A stretch of DNA of 64,000 nucleotides from Enoplolaimus lenunculus. Taxonomy: Eukaryota. Below the pieces are notes generated by a model. The model did no database searches and was not told the DNA's origin. It saw only the letters and a list, made by a program, of their open reading frames with translations. Position numbers and translations under genes: made by a program. Shown here piece by piece: positions 38,601-52,800 of the stretch. Position 1 is the first letter of the stretch; every line of letters begins with the position of its first letter. The stretch spans positions 434,001 to 498,000 of the forward strand of contig JASANG010000753.1 of assembly GCA_030248215.1 (NCBI GenBank), in the 5' to 3' direction.

Positions 38601-41600
38601 CGGTATCGGCACATCACTAATTTTGTATAAGATATTCGGTTCGACGTCTCAAAGAGGCTCATATCCACCAAATTACGGAAACAGAGCTATTCAAAATTCG
38701 TATTATAAACGCCACATTTTCGCTGTGTTTTAAATTAAAAAGTTATTAGGCTCGACGTCTCAACAACACTGATATCAACTAAATTAGGTTTAAAGAGTAT
38801 TCAAAATGCGTATAAAAATACGACATTTTGGCTATGTTTCTATTTAATGTTCAAATTTCAATATTTTTTAATTTAAAATATTATAGAAAGCACTTCACGT
38901 CCGCGCGACACGAACGTTCAAAGATCAATTTGGAATTGTGCGCAAGAACGGCGAAGAATGGCTGGTGAAAATGAGCGACGCTGAAGCGTACATTCCGTCC
39001 GTGTATGAACAGGTACGTAAGAGTTGAGTCTAATTGTTTTGTTATAGTGCTGGTGGCGTAGACAGGATAATTATTTTGACCTTAAAGAGTCGGAAGGTTT
39101 TTTAGAGCCTGTATAAATTGAAATTGTGAAGCCTGTTGTGTCTTTCTCTTGTCTCTATAATACTTCGGGGGGTTATTTCCTTGTATTCAATGTTGTATAG
39201 AATCATTAGTCGTGCCTGTGTTCTGACAATGTCTGTAGCACCTATCGCCAGTTTGATTGGTTGTGTAACTTTTAAACTGAAGAATGGTGGGATGAAAAAT
39301 TAACACATTTTTCGTCCAAGAGGCAGCTAAAAATTAATGTAATAATTTAACAAGGATATTAACACAGTACTGTATTTCAGGTGATTGAAGTGGTTGATAT
39401 TCAAACACTTAGCAATCGTCAATACTGTGTTATACTTAATCCGATTGGACCAGATGGCAAGCCGCAATTGGGTAAAAAGAGACTGGTTAAGGTTAGTGTT
39501 TGTTTTATTGTACACTTTACGTAGTAAAAATTGTATTTATTGTATTATCTATACTCCAGAATTAGTGTGACGCTATAGTTTTTGAGCATTTGAATGTCGA
39601 CTGGCACTGTAAGGTAACGCACGTTAATTGCCGCATTCCATCACGTAAAAATGTGTAAATGAAAAATTTTACGATCACCGGATGGCGTCGGACGACACGT
39701 ATAGCGTCACTTTTAGGCGCCGTTCACTGTAATAAGGCAAACCTGAATTAAATTTGGGTGACTGTTACGCCCAGTTTTATAGCAGCATCAGCGAGGGTGC
39801 AGCTTTGCAAGATATTTGAATTTGCTAAAATTTAAGTACTTTTGGGAGAGTGTAGTGGAAATACCTAACTTTTAATTTTTGCCGAATGTGAAACAGAATT
39901 CGAAATTTTGTTGCTACTCTAGAAATGCATGGTTTGCTTTCTATCAGTTCAGAAAGGGACCATGTCTTTTTAAAACTAATGAAAATGTACTTAAAAAGTT
40001 GCTTGAGTCGAAATAGGTAGAAAGTCTATGGTTTTTATTACAGCAGACGCTTAACCAAAGACTAAAGCGGAATTGCGACTTATTTGTGTTTAGCAGTAAT
40101 GAATTTTACTTAAATAGTATCACTTGTCTAATTTATTACAGGGTGAAAAAAGTTTTTTCTTGTTGCCTGGTGAAAGTCTTGCCGCAGGCATTCAAGATAT
40201 GTTTATTTTGGGGGAAGACGAAGGCCTAATCCTTAAAGCACGTGAAGCATTTATCGATACTGAAAATGGAGAGGTAAGTTGATTGTTAATTATTGGTTGT
40301 TAGACGTCTTGTAAATTTCCTGCAACAGCGGGAATCACTTTTCCTGTGCCAAGTCTGGCTAGTAGCTAATACTTATTTCTGTTTTAGTTTCTTAATAGTT
40401 CGCTCAGCATGGTTAGTTTTGGGGGTTCTGTTGTAGGTATTTACGTGGACATAGGAATGTTTTGCCTGTTAGAATTGAACTATAATGTTATTCTGCGGCG
40501 AGTCAGGGACTGGGAGGCATCGCACGTCAAATAATATAGACCGTCACCTTTATGGATTTTATTGAAGGAAATCCAACGAATGCCTGGTGACAAGTGGATG
40601 ATTCGTGGCCCTATGGAGTATGTCCCTCCGGTTGAGCTTGACGTTGTCACTAAACGGGTTGCAATTCCAATGGACGAAAACGAAGGCATTTATGTTCGCG
40701 ACGTGAAATCGGGCAAAGTTCGCGCAGTTATCGGCCAAACTTATATGTTGACCCAGGTAAGTGCTGAATTGAATTGTTTTGTTTCGGTCGGAGTGAAGTT
40801 TTTTTAGATTTTCTAGGTTTTCTTGTGGTTCTAAAAATGATATTATGTTGCCATATATATTTTGACAGAGATTGCGCGTTGCTGTTTTGCGTGCCCTGAT
40901 TTAATATAAATTTATTTGTAGGACGAAGAGTTGTGGTCGAAAGAACTTCCTGCTCCCGTTGAAGCTTTAGTAATGTCTGGACGTGATCCGCTTGCCGATA
41001 GGTAAGTATTACAATGCTGATCAGTTTAAATCGTGTAATAATGCTAAGTTTACTCACTGTAGAAAATTGAAAATACCCTGCAGAGTCAGTGACTGCCCTA
41101 GGCTGCTGGCGAACTGGAGGTGGGCAAACGCATTCTGTTGGGGAAGGGAGAATCAAAGTATTCTGTTCCCTAAAATTCATGTTTTAGTGCTTTGCATCCT
41201 CGCTAAGCACTTATTGTAAATAATTTTTGTTTTGTAATTGGAGCAAAACAGTCGGAGAGGTTAACTACGGAAGGCTTGGATGGCATGGGCTCTTCTAAGA
41301 AATCTAATGTAGTTTAAGACGAAAATAAAACGGACTTTAGCCAGCTTGATTTGAAATAGAAGTTTTCTTGATATGTCTGTGTTTGATTTCTTTGTTTAAG
41401 TTGACAATAAACTAGGGATGCGCCGATTAATCAGCATCGGTAATAATCGGCACTTTTCGCTAGTATCAGTATCGGTACTGCAAAAAATGCCGATTCTTTG
41501 TCTATACTTTTTACACACAATATTGAGTTGGAATGTTATCAATTTCACTTCTTGTCGCACATTAGTGTGTCTGATCAGGGAAACAAACTGTTATCGCTCT

Positions 41601-43237
41601 TGTATTTGTGTTTGAAAAAATTAATTGAAATAAACCGTTCTGGTCAGGATTTAAGTCCTCACACAATGGAGTAATGTAGTATACTATCCTAGATGTTCTT
41701 TAGAAATGGTGTACTGAAATTGGAATCATCATCGGTATCGGCATCAGTTCGGCATCGACACAGCCTTACAATAAACATAGTAACATAATTAAGAATGTTC
41801 TGAGACATTTCATTAAACATTTCTGTTCATTAAGGTCTCGTCATGTAGTGCACAATGATTCACCACATACTCAAGATTTAGTTAATATAAGGTTAGAATG
41901 GGAAAGCATCCGTGTGTAATGCGCTTATTTGCTTGAAATACTAGTCGAAGTCACAACTTTTCTTGCCAATCGCTAACAGTATAATAATTTGTGTGTGTGG
42001 TTTGACTAATGGCCTAAGATTTTGACTAAACTTTTTGTAGCTGCAGTTTTCTAACTCTTTAATGTAACATAATTTAAATTCGAGCAGGGTTTCTAAGTAT
42101 TGGATACTTGGTTGAGCTGAAGACAATAATCATTTTGAATGTTTAACCCTTGCCTGCTTAGAGTGTACTGTGAGCAACTAGTTGCAAACTGTGTATGCGC
42201 AATAAATACACAATGGATAGTGTTTAAAAATTATATAACATGTACGTATTCACGGTATAAAATTTTCACAAGACGTGGGAGACTCATCGTTTTCAGACTT
42301 CAAGCTCTTTATAGCTGAATGATGGTAAACGTCACCAAACCAAGAAGTTGCTAGTTCGAATTTAGTTCTAAATCAGCTCTGAGGTGAAATAGAAAATATT
42401 TCTTATATGAAAAGGGTTATTTACGCGTAATTATACTTTTATTTTGTTTGTATTTAGGTCTGATCGTTCGGAAAAAGACAGCCGTCCTGCAAAACGAAAC
42501 AAAACGCAAGTGGTAACGTTTCGTGTTCCGCATAATGCTGCTGTTCAAATATACGATTATAAAGAGAAAAGAGCACGGTAAGTTCCGTTTTGGTTGCTTT
42601 GGTTAAGACGTTTGTGGACGGCAACATTAAATCCAGGACCTGTATTCTGCTAATGGTTTCTTGTAAAGTGCGTACATGTAAACCTAATTGCGTATTAAAT
42701 AGCGGCTATGATCACGATTCATTGTTTATTGACAATTGCTCGAATACGCGATTTGCACCGCTCGCGGTTACTTCGGCCATAAAGCGACTGCAGTCACGAT
42801 CGCCTAATGGTAAACCTTCAGTTTGTAAATGCAAAACTTGCATTTGCAATTTGAAGAGCGACTGTAACCGTGTCTGTAAAGGCGACTAAATCGCGAGCAA
42901 AGAAAAGTTCAAACGTGAATATAGAATCGCTAACATAATCGTGATTTATCTATGTAATTATGTTTCGGTATTGTTTCAGCGTTGTTTTCGGTCCCGATTT
43001 GGTGATGCTTGGACCGGACGAACATTTCACCCAGTTATCGTTGTCTGGTGGAAAACCAAAACGCCCAAACGTTATCAAATCGTTGTGTTTGCTGTTGGGA
43101 CCGGACTTTTGTACCGATATTTTGACCGTTGAGACGGCGGATCATGCGCGATTGCAGTTGCAGTTGTCGTATAATTGGTATGTTAATGGATGCGTTGTAG
43201 AAACATGATTAAAGTTCTATCTTGACTTCATTCGGTA

Positions 43238-43298
<61 letters not shown>

Positions 43299-46200
43299 TA
43301 ATTTTGGTACTACAAGATACGTATATGAATACGTCTCGAAACCGCAAAAACTGCAGAAACATGATCTATATGTTATTTCGAAGTTTTTGTTAATTGTCTC
43401 TGATTTGCTATAGGCATTTTGATTCTGGTTCGCGTACGCAAGACGATGCTGCGAAACTGTTCAGTGTTCCTGATTTTGTTGGTGATGCATGTAAAGCGAT
43501 TGCGTCTCGTGTTCGAGGATCTGTCGCACAAGTTCAATTTGATGATTTTCATAAGGTAAATAATGGCCTACGCGTGCTTTAGAATATTTACGTTTTTGGT
43601 GAAATTTATTTATCAGAGAGCAGTGCCATATTTTCGAATGTGTGAAGCAGCTGTAATCAGTTAGTTGCGGCTCATGTAGTTTTGGCACCAGTGAATGGTG
43701 GTTTGAAATTCCGCACAGTTTTCTCACATGATTTTCACCCATAAGTGCAGGGTTTCATCAGTTTGAAGACCTATCACTACCTGGTTATAGGTGCTTTTGA
43801 GAATATGGGCGTTGAATATAGTTTGATAGCGCGCACGGTTACTGCAGCAGTTCGCTTGTTTGAAAACCTATAAACCTGGCAATAAGTGCTACTTAGCAGG
43901 CTTGAACCAGGGGACTTTACTTTCGTCTGCAGGAGTAACTTCGGCGAGGATTCGAATACCAACCTTTTTTAGTTATTATTAAATTACTTTTACAGAATTC
44001 AGCACGAATTATTCGTTCGGCAGTGTTTGGGTTTGACGACAATCAACGCGTACGTGACCGATTTGTATTCGCACAGAATAATTTGGTCATAACAAGTATC
44101 GATGTACAGTCTGTTGAACCGGTAGACCAGCGAACACGTGATTCGTTGATGAAATCAGTCCAGTTGGCGATTGAAATTACAACGAATTCCCAAGAAGCAA
44201 CTGCAAGGTAAACGAAATTTACACAGCTAGCATGGTGCAGCCGGATTTCTGGCTCTGGCAAAAAAATCGACATCCGACTCCGGTATTTTACATTGCCGGA
44301 TATTCACTGTTGAAAAGTATGACATTATTCTGCATAATACTATTGTTTACACGACTAAAATTACAATATTTCGCTGTTGATTTATTTTGTTCGAAATCTT
44401 AAAAGTTCTACAGACATGGACCCTGTTAATATTTTGGCTCATGCAAACAAAAGTGTAACATTGCAGCAAGTATTTTGCAGGAGCCGGATATTGAAGTAAC
44501 TTGCTTCGGTTTTTTTGTTATCCGGTTGAACCTTGATTCCTGGGTATGTAGCTGGATTATTATGAGCGCTAGAATGGGCGTTGCGAAAAGTTCTGGGCGG
44601 AGTCTGGTCAAACCGATTGTATATGTGTCTATGTAGTGTGTATGCGAATCAGATCACTCGCGAGACACGAGTATATTATATTTATTGCTGGAATCTTGTA
44701 TTGCTAGAGTTGTTTGTAATCGCAGTAATACTAAAATTAGACGCAAGAACTTAAGTTTTCATAATTTTCTTTCAATGTTGTTTAAGACATGAAGCAGAAC
44801 GTTTGGAACAAGAAGCACGCGGTCGTCTTGAGCGACAAAAGATCGCAGACGAAGCTGGAGCAGAACGATCCCGCAAAGATTTGTTGGAATTACAGGTTAA
44901 CTAGATTTAAGCTTGGTATAAGTTACTAAATTGGTGACTGTGGTGCTTTGTGGGTTAAGTTGTTGGGCTTGCAGAAAAGTGTTTCGTTATCAAAGGATAT
45001 ATTATGTAGATTTCTGGCGGGTAAATTTAATGAAATTAATGTAAAATTCTGTTATGAACGGAATTAATATTGGGTAATAGTGTTATGCAGTTCATTATAG
45101 CGTTAATTCTGCTGTCATATATCTCTCTATTGCTAACACTGCAACGATACGCTAATTGTATATAGCTCGTAACTGATTTTTGTGCCTATAGTTTTGTGTA
45201 TATAAAAGATAAAGCAGAAACGAAACGTAAGAAGAAACTAAATTGCAACGACGTTGACTAGAATGTTTAATTATTTGCATGGCTGTTTTTTTGTTGATCT
45301 GTAGGCTGCGTCGGCTGCAGTTGAAAGCACTGGTCAAGCGAAAGCAGAAGCACAAAGTCGCGCAGAAGCCGCGAAAATTGAAGGCGAAGCCGCTGTCGAT
45401 CAAGCGAAACTTAAAGCTGAAGCTTCGTCAATTGAAACGGTAATTATTTTTAAAGAATTTTATTTAAATATTGTTTCTCGAGTGGATCCGGTGCGGAGAT
45501 TGTGGGCTGACAGCCGCAAGCAAAAATGTTGATACGATCCGGAAGTTACTTTAAAGCCTGTTTGAAAGAAGTTGTGTCCAAGAATACCGGAAGAAGCTAT
45601 GTCCCTTGTTTTCTTCCCTTTGTATACGTCCCTGTTTCCTGTCTCTGATTTTAAAAGCAATGTGAGTTTTATCTAGCCAGAACGGTTTACTGGGTATAGA
45701 TCACGAGGCAAAGGTAAATAACAGGGGCGGAACAGTATTATTAAGTTTATTCCTAAGCCTAAGCCTAAGTATAAGAATGAGTTTATTCCTAAGTCTAACC
45801 TAAGCGAAACAAAAAATTAGTCTAAAGCTTAAGCTTATTCTATATTTGTTCGACGGAAAAACGCTCCGAACCTGATCTTTACATGGGCCGATCACGATAA
45901 TGACCATATATGCTGATAGAAATTCACGCTGGTGTTATTCGTTTTCACTGATCTGCATTTTTAAGACTACAGTGCATTAAAACAAAGGCTTGCCAGTAAG
46001 AAAATGAATAAAAATTTGCACTTCTTAATATTGACATTTTTAAAATTAAATTGTTTTTTTCAGACGTCCGAACTAACGCGGCTACAACAAGCGCGTGTCG
46101 CCGAGCTGAACTATTTGAAAGAGAAGAATCAGTTGGAAATTAACAAATTGCGCGAAACAGCAGGAATCGAAGCTGACAAATTCCGAAATATGGTGGAAAT

Positions 46201-46729
46201 TTTGGGTCCACAAACCATACAAGCGATTGCGACCGCTGGGCCAGAGATGCAGGTACCGATTTAGCGGCAAAGAGCATACTGATAGCCTTATCCCACTGAG
46301 AATACAATGAGCAACTTAGCGCAAACTGTGTGTGCGAGCTTAACTACACACATAATGTGTGCGAGCTTAACTACACACATAATATCTCCACACGATGTGT
46401 CTGGATGAGAGCACGTCCGGCTCGAGTGTTGGATTGTAATGGTAAACGCCTTTCACCCTAAAGATCGGGTGTTCAAGTATTCTGAGTTTTAGTTGACGGT
46501 ATGAATTAACTTGACCCTAGTACCGTTTGTACGTTTGTTTGTTCTTTAGGTCAAACTGCTTAAATCGTTGGGTCTGAAATCAACATTGATCACTGATGGC
46601 TCGACGCCAATTAATTTGTTTCAAACGGCACAAGGATTGATTGGAACTTCGTTTGCGACTGCGCCCGGTCCAAGTCAGCCAATTACAGGACGACCGTTGG
46701 AATCAGTTGATTCAGAAGATGAAACATAA
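35644..46729 (+). CDS. MVP: Major vault protein, ~876 aa, 17 coding exons
   Basis: Exons 35644-35804, 36760-36955, 37183-37306, 38021-38247, 38887-39012, 39381-39491, 40142-40273, 40568-40756, 40922-41001, 42458-42577, 42980-43177, 43414-43555, 43996-44207, 44787-44895, 45305-45439, 46064-46252 and 46550-46729 sum to 2631 nt in frame. Hallmarks: [104 protein letters not shown]. Confidence 0.97.
42143..42420 (+). mobile_element. piggyBac-like MITE (family of 5195/8325) in MVP intron 9
   Basis: TTAA-CCCTT ... AAGGG-TTAT; shares AGAGTGTACTGTGAGCAACT and GAAATAGAAAATATT blocks with the other copies. Confidence 0.65.
43222..43296. repeat. (TA)n microsatellite in MVP intron 11
   Basis: Uninterrupted TA run ~43242-43296. 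Confidence 0.9.
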
Positions 46730-48141
46730 ACATAAGGATTTTGAATGAAATTTTACTTAATGAAAATGAATAATTGTTCTGTTTTGGATAAGTTGTTTAA
46801 TTTTGAAAAAGTTTTTTGTTTAGATGTGTTTTAGAATATTATAGTGTAGTGAATTGCACCTGTGCACCTGGTGAATGCGGTATGTATTAAGTTACAGCGA
46901 TAGATCCATGTATGGAACAAATGAGCGGAAATTAGGGCTTTTGTGCGATTCTTTCCACGGGCTTAAGTTTCGGCAAAGACTTGCCTTAGCCTTAACCCCT
47001 TCTCACACAGACTGTGAGGAAAGTAACTCTTGAACATAATAGTAAACATTTATGTGAGAAAGGATTAATGTTAGATTAGCTGTGGGGTAAGTTTACAACA
47101 ACTGAATTTTTAAGGTTACGCTTTTAGTCGCAGCTACGTCGAAGCTAAACGAATGCTTAAGACTTACTAATTATTTGGCCCATATTACTTTAAGGGGCGT
47201 CCAGGTTTCTTGTGGGTCTATAAAAGAGTAGGTTTAGATTCTAGATAACATTTTGTGATTAGGCTTAGGAACTCATTTTTGCAAGGCGTAGGCTTAGGAA
47301 TACGCTTAATCTACTGTTACGCCCCTTAAAGTAACATTGGTCATAATTATTTTATTGGACCTGTTTTGTACATGTACAACTTTGTAGATCGGTGTGCACC
47401 AATATTGTGGTTGTTGAAATATATTTAAATTTCCGTTTTCGGATATGAAATTTTTCGTCCATGTTACTTTAAGGGCGTCCAGGTTTCTGGTGGGTCTATA
47501 AAAGCAAGTTTAGATTCTAGACCACATTTTTGCTTAGGCTTTAGGAACACATTTTTGCAACGCTTAGGCTTAGGAATACGCTTATCAACTGTTAAGCCCC
47601 TAAAAGTAACTGGCCAAATTATTTAACGTTTATTTGCTGTTTTGAGTTGGGATGGAATACCAGCAGGGTAAAATTGGAGATCTGTCTTCAGCCCAGGTGA
47701 AAAGCGACCTCCGGATAAGGTTGCATTCTTTTGCGGCCTATGAAATGGTTGAAAATTCGCTTAAGACATTTTTTGGCAACTTTTCTAAACAGTCCACCAG
47801 TAATAAAACTATTTCAAATTCCGGTTCTTTCGGTTACTGCAAAGAAATTCAATTCCTGTTCCGGCATAATTTAATATTAGACATTGTACTAATTCTTTAC
47901 CTCCAGCTCCGGTATCTTTCACGAGCAGCTTCATCTGGATGCTAAAGAGGTACAAAAACGAAACTCAGCATTTTGTCTTAAGCTAAAACAAAACCATTTG
48001 CAGCGGCACAGGGTCATCGTATTGTTTCGCACGACTGTAATAGAGTACGGATTAACATTTATTTTCAAGCTTATATATATACAGCATTGGTTATATTTCT
48101 GAATTTACCACTGACTGTTCAGCCGTGTGCGTTCTTTTGTT

Positions 48142-48312
48142 GGCCCATAAGGTGCGTCCAGGTTTCTGATGGGTCTATTAAACAGTAGGTTATATTCTAG
48201 ATTACATTTTTTGCTTAGGCGTAGGCTTAGGCTTAAGAACGCATTTTTGCAATGCGCTTAGGCTTAGGAATACGCTTAATCTACTGTTACGCCCCTAAAA
48301 GTAACATTGGCC
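48142..48312. mobile_element. Merlin-like MITE family A
   Basis: GGCC termini with a perfect 8-bp TSD CTTTTGTT (48134-48141 / 48313-48320). Confidence 0.8.
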
Positions 48313-49810
48313 CTTTTGTTATTAAGGATTTGAACATGGCAATGAATGCTAATGGTCATTATTGCTCCGTCCTATGTGAACATCAGGGGCGGGAAGTTTA
48401 GGCTTAGGAATAAGCGCATTCTTGGCTTAAACATAGGAATGTGCTTATACTACTTCTACAGCCCTGTTTTACACATTGGCCATTGCTTCTAGAGGAGTTC
48501 GATTGCAAAGAAAATAATGACGTTTAGAATCAAATAACTAAAAACACATGACAATGACGAGAAATAGAATTCTTATCTCCCTCGTCTGCTAAGCGGAGCC
48601 AACATAGCTTTAGTAAAGTACCGTTGTATTTTCACCGTTGCCTTACACCTACTTGTAAGCTAACGATTGCCTCTAACACCTGCAGAGGGCCTCGCGTTTG
48701 AGCATGACGGGCCCTGTCAGAGCAAGAAACATTCCTTTAATAAAAACACAAGGGATTTAGCTAGGATTTCATTTACGGAGGACATGAGAATCAAGCTGGG
48801 CATTCTAAAAGCCTTTAAGAATTTGGTAGTCTTTGCAAAATTTAAGAGAGGGGTGTCCCCTATTTCTTCCACTGGCGGATCCAAAAGGGGCACTGCGGCC
48901 TAGGGTCCCCAAACAGGAATCAAAACCAAGATTTGGTATTAAGGTTTTGCACTAAAATGGCGGTTGGCTTATCGCCCGCGAGGCGTCCATTATAATTCTG
49001 GATCGTTCTCCTTTACGATGATACGAGCAAGAGAAAAACCAATTTCTTGTCACGGTTTTTCGTGCTGTTCAATTTACACCACATATACGATGGAAATGGG
49101 TCTTTACGGTTGTTCCCCGCCCCAACCCGGCGTTTGCTCAATAATGGTTGGATTTTGAAAATTTTTTGCACATTTGAGCTTCTGATATATATCCAACAAA
49201 AATTTGTCAAAAAGTTACATACCATCCGTCGCAATAACTCATTCAGGCATTATTTTGCCCAAAAATGCAACGTCGAAAATTAAAGTATTTAGATACTTCC
49301 ACTTGGATAAAACCGCACCCCCACTGGCGTAAAACCGGGCCTCCCATTGGTTAAAAGCGCACCCCCACATTGCCCCCACTGGGGTAAAACCGGACCCTCA
49401 TACGTCCCCCACTGGAGTAAAAGCGCACCCCCCTACTCCCCCCACGTGGGGGTTGGGGACGGGGGGTAAAACCGGCATTTTTCATTCTACTTATGCCCTT
49501 CCGAAATTAAACTCTGTTTTCGCGCTTCATGAACGGCTATCGAATTATGGCTGATGTCTGATAATTTTTTTTGAAACATACTCAAAATGATGTGTATACA
49601 AGTGACCCTTCCAAATGTTCGTTGTTATATGTAGAAACATGTAACGTCCCATGTTAACAAAACAGAGCTTGCCACTACGCCTAACTAAAGTCTAAGTCTG
49701 AAGATAAGCCGAGTCATACGCTTCCCGGTAGCTAAGTCTTGCAGTCTACAAAAATAGGCATGCCTCAATGATTAATAACAAGGGTCCAGACAGTGAACAT
49801 GAAATAATAA

Positions 49811-52800
49811 TTAAGGCACTTGATATGGCTCTCTAACGATTTTGATTTCACGCAGAGTTTCATTACGCACAACTTTGAAGTTTAGCAGTGACGCGTAACT
49901 GGTTAGCAGCTTATGCCAGTAGCAAAACACATCGTCCATCTTTAAATGGTCCCAAATAAATTGGAATCCCCTGAAATCAATATTAGATATTTAGAAGCAA
50001 AGTGTAAGATTAACAGCGACTACACCCGCGTTTTCCGGGTGATAAAATTCAATTGCTTATGAACGCAGTTACAAGTGTTACTTTAAACGCGGGCAAAGAA
50101 AATTCAGATGTAATTATAATAAAACCGCGACCGCTAACCCAAACGCGATTACTGCACAATTAGTCCGGTTCCGTGACTGCAGTTTAATCGTTTTTAATAT
50201 CCATTGTTTTCAAATATATAATATTAAAGTGTTCGCAAAAATTAGTTTTCAAGCACACAATAAACTGCCTGTTATTAGTAAAAGCATGTACGGTGGCAAA
50301 CAACAGCAAAAAAATTTACACCAAAACATACTTTTCTAAAACACATTAATGAAACTAATTTTCACTTTACCTGACTGAAATCTCGTGAGCAACACTATCA
50401 TTTTCTCTAGCAAACGCCAACAAATCCCTTAAACATGTTGAAGATGAATTAATACCGTCCCAACCAACAACAATTAATTGCGTATTCCGTTCGCTGTTTG
50501 AATTTATATCCAAACCACAATCTAAAACGTTTACAGCATCTGTACTATTCCGTCAACAACAGATCTGGCAAACCCACTGCCAGACCGTCATTTTAATGAA
50601 ACATGGCCCTTACAACATGGCGGATTATTTAAAAAACCCTTGTTGCCCTCATGTGTCCCGACAAAGTGTAAAAACCTTAAGGGTTACGTTATACATTACT
50701 GTGGCGAGCGCTGTCTAACTCCACAGATAAGGTAACTTTTACGACGCGCGGCAACGAAGCACGACAGCACATGTCATATTAAACTAATTTTTAACATGAC
50801 ACACAGTACCGCTCACAACGCTGGATAGAGCATCCTAACGCGTACTGATAGTACCTGTGGTGATCTACAGTACAAAAGAATTATTGCATTAGCTTGATTC
50901 GTGCTTTCAAGGTTTTAAATTTGCACTATATTAAGTTCAAAGCTATGCTTGTATTTTGTACGTAATTTGAGCTAGCTCTACGAAAAGTGTGGGTTTCGCA
51001 GCTACCGTGGTTCGCTTATTTGAAAACATATCAATAAATCGCTATAAGTGCTACACGCTGTTGACAAAACGGAATCTGACGAAAACACAGAACTTACTCA
51101 ACGTCACTGAGATCAGATTTGACCGGAATGTAATGAACCCACGGTTTCATGGCCGGATAGAAAAATTCGTTCCATTCAGAGTCGACGTGAAATACCAACG
51201 ATTTACACAGGAACAAATGTTTGAAACGAAAACTTGCCGCAACACCTCGAAAGTTGAATAAATATCTGAAAATAAATTTTTTGCAAACAGTAGCAAAAAT
51301 ACAGTTTAGCTAATCACTATCCGCTTGTTACGGTTTTTTCAGATTAAGGCTGGAACCTGCTAACTGACTACACCTCACAGTACATCCTGGTAACCGAATA
51401 CAACTCACCGAATTCTGTTTGTAGTTGGTGGCAGTAAACATAGTTTCCGTTTCTTATCCCCTCAATATGCACAAGTATAGTCGGATAATTTACATACTTT
51501 CTAAGTAATGTACTCTAGCTTTCTTCGAAAAGTACCCATACTAGAGATTCTGCAGTTTAAAATCGCTCGACTACAATTTATTACTACACATACTTGTACT
51601 TGCAGTGATCTTCAAACGAAACTAACTCAGCTGGCTGCGCTCCAAGGGTGTCCTGAAACGAAAAAGACATATATGAAATCACTAACATAACTAATGACGT
51701 AAAAAATACAATACCAAAAAGACATGCAATAGACAGTATTTGAATTTCATTTTTTCAGTGTTTTCATCCCAAAACTGTGTACTTGTATGCATATTATAAC
51801 AGCCGCAAATAACTGCACACAAGGCAAATCCAATGCGCTTTTCATAATATGTTCCGAAGTCCAATTCAAAACGACACAACCTCAAGCTAGCATATGGCGT
51901 ATGCAAGTGACACGTGTTAATTCAAGTTTGCCAGTGACACATGTTAATTCAACAATACATTTGCGACGATATAAACAGAAAACCTATGTATAATGCACAT
52001 TATTTTTATGTATAACTCTGTAACCGGCATTTAAATGTGAAAGCCCCCTGTTAACCAGAGGTTACGTCGGTTTGGGTTGAACTTCGGTACATTATAATTA
52101 TCGTGACACCAACATAAGTCAAAAATAATGTTTAGTATAAAACCTATACAAAAGTGACCAACTCATAGCACTTAATAACTAACAATATTTGTCAGTGAAA
52201 AATTGCCAGCCAAATTGTTACTTTTTCTGATTTAAATGCTTGATTTTTGGTATATTGAGCGTCTACTAATTCCGGGTTGCTTCGTGACAACAGAACAAGC
52301 GGGTCGCGTTGGCTTGACGTTCTCGAACCACGAAAAAATCCTTTTGGAATCTTTTCAGACCATGGAAACTGTGCAGCTGCTCTGAAACACATAATATAAA
52401 ACCTTACAATATAACGAATAATGGTTTCCTACATGCATATTTCGCTAACCACAATAAACCTGCTACATATAACAGGTGACACGCACCACTGCAAACATAA
52501 TCGTAGCAATAGAAATGAGAAATGAAAGTTTTCCATTAAGACATTTTATATCATCGGATGACAATAACAATAATACTGAGCGTCTCGCTTTCGGAATAGA
52601 GTCATTATTAGCAGGTGCAAAGCGGAACTGGATTATACCGGAATCGGAACAGCAACTTTATACCGAGGTCGGAATCGGAATCGGAACTACAAATTTTGCG
52701 ACTATACCTATAATTTGTATTAACAAGTATAATACTGATTTCGGGTGTCTGTTGGCTGGCAACAATCCTCAAAAACGTCGCATAAACAAATTGGCAATCA

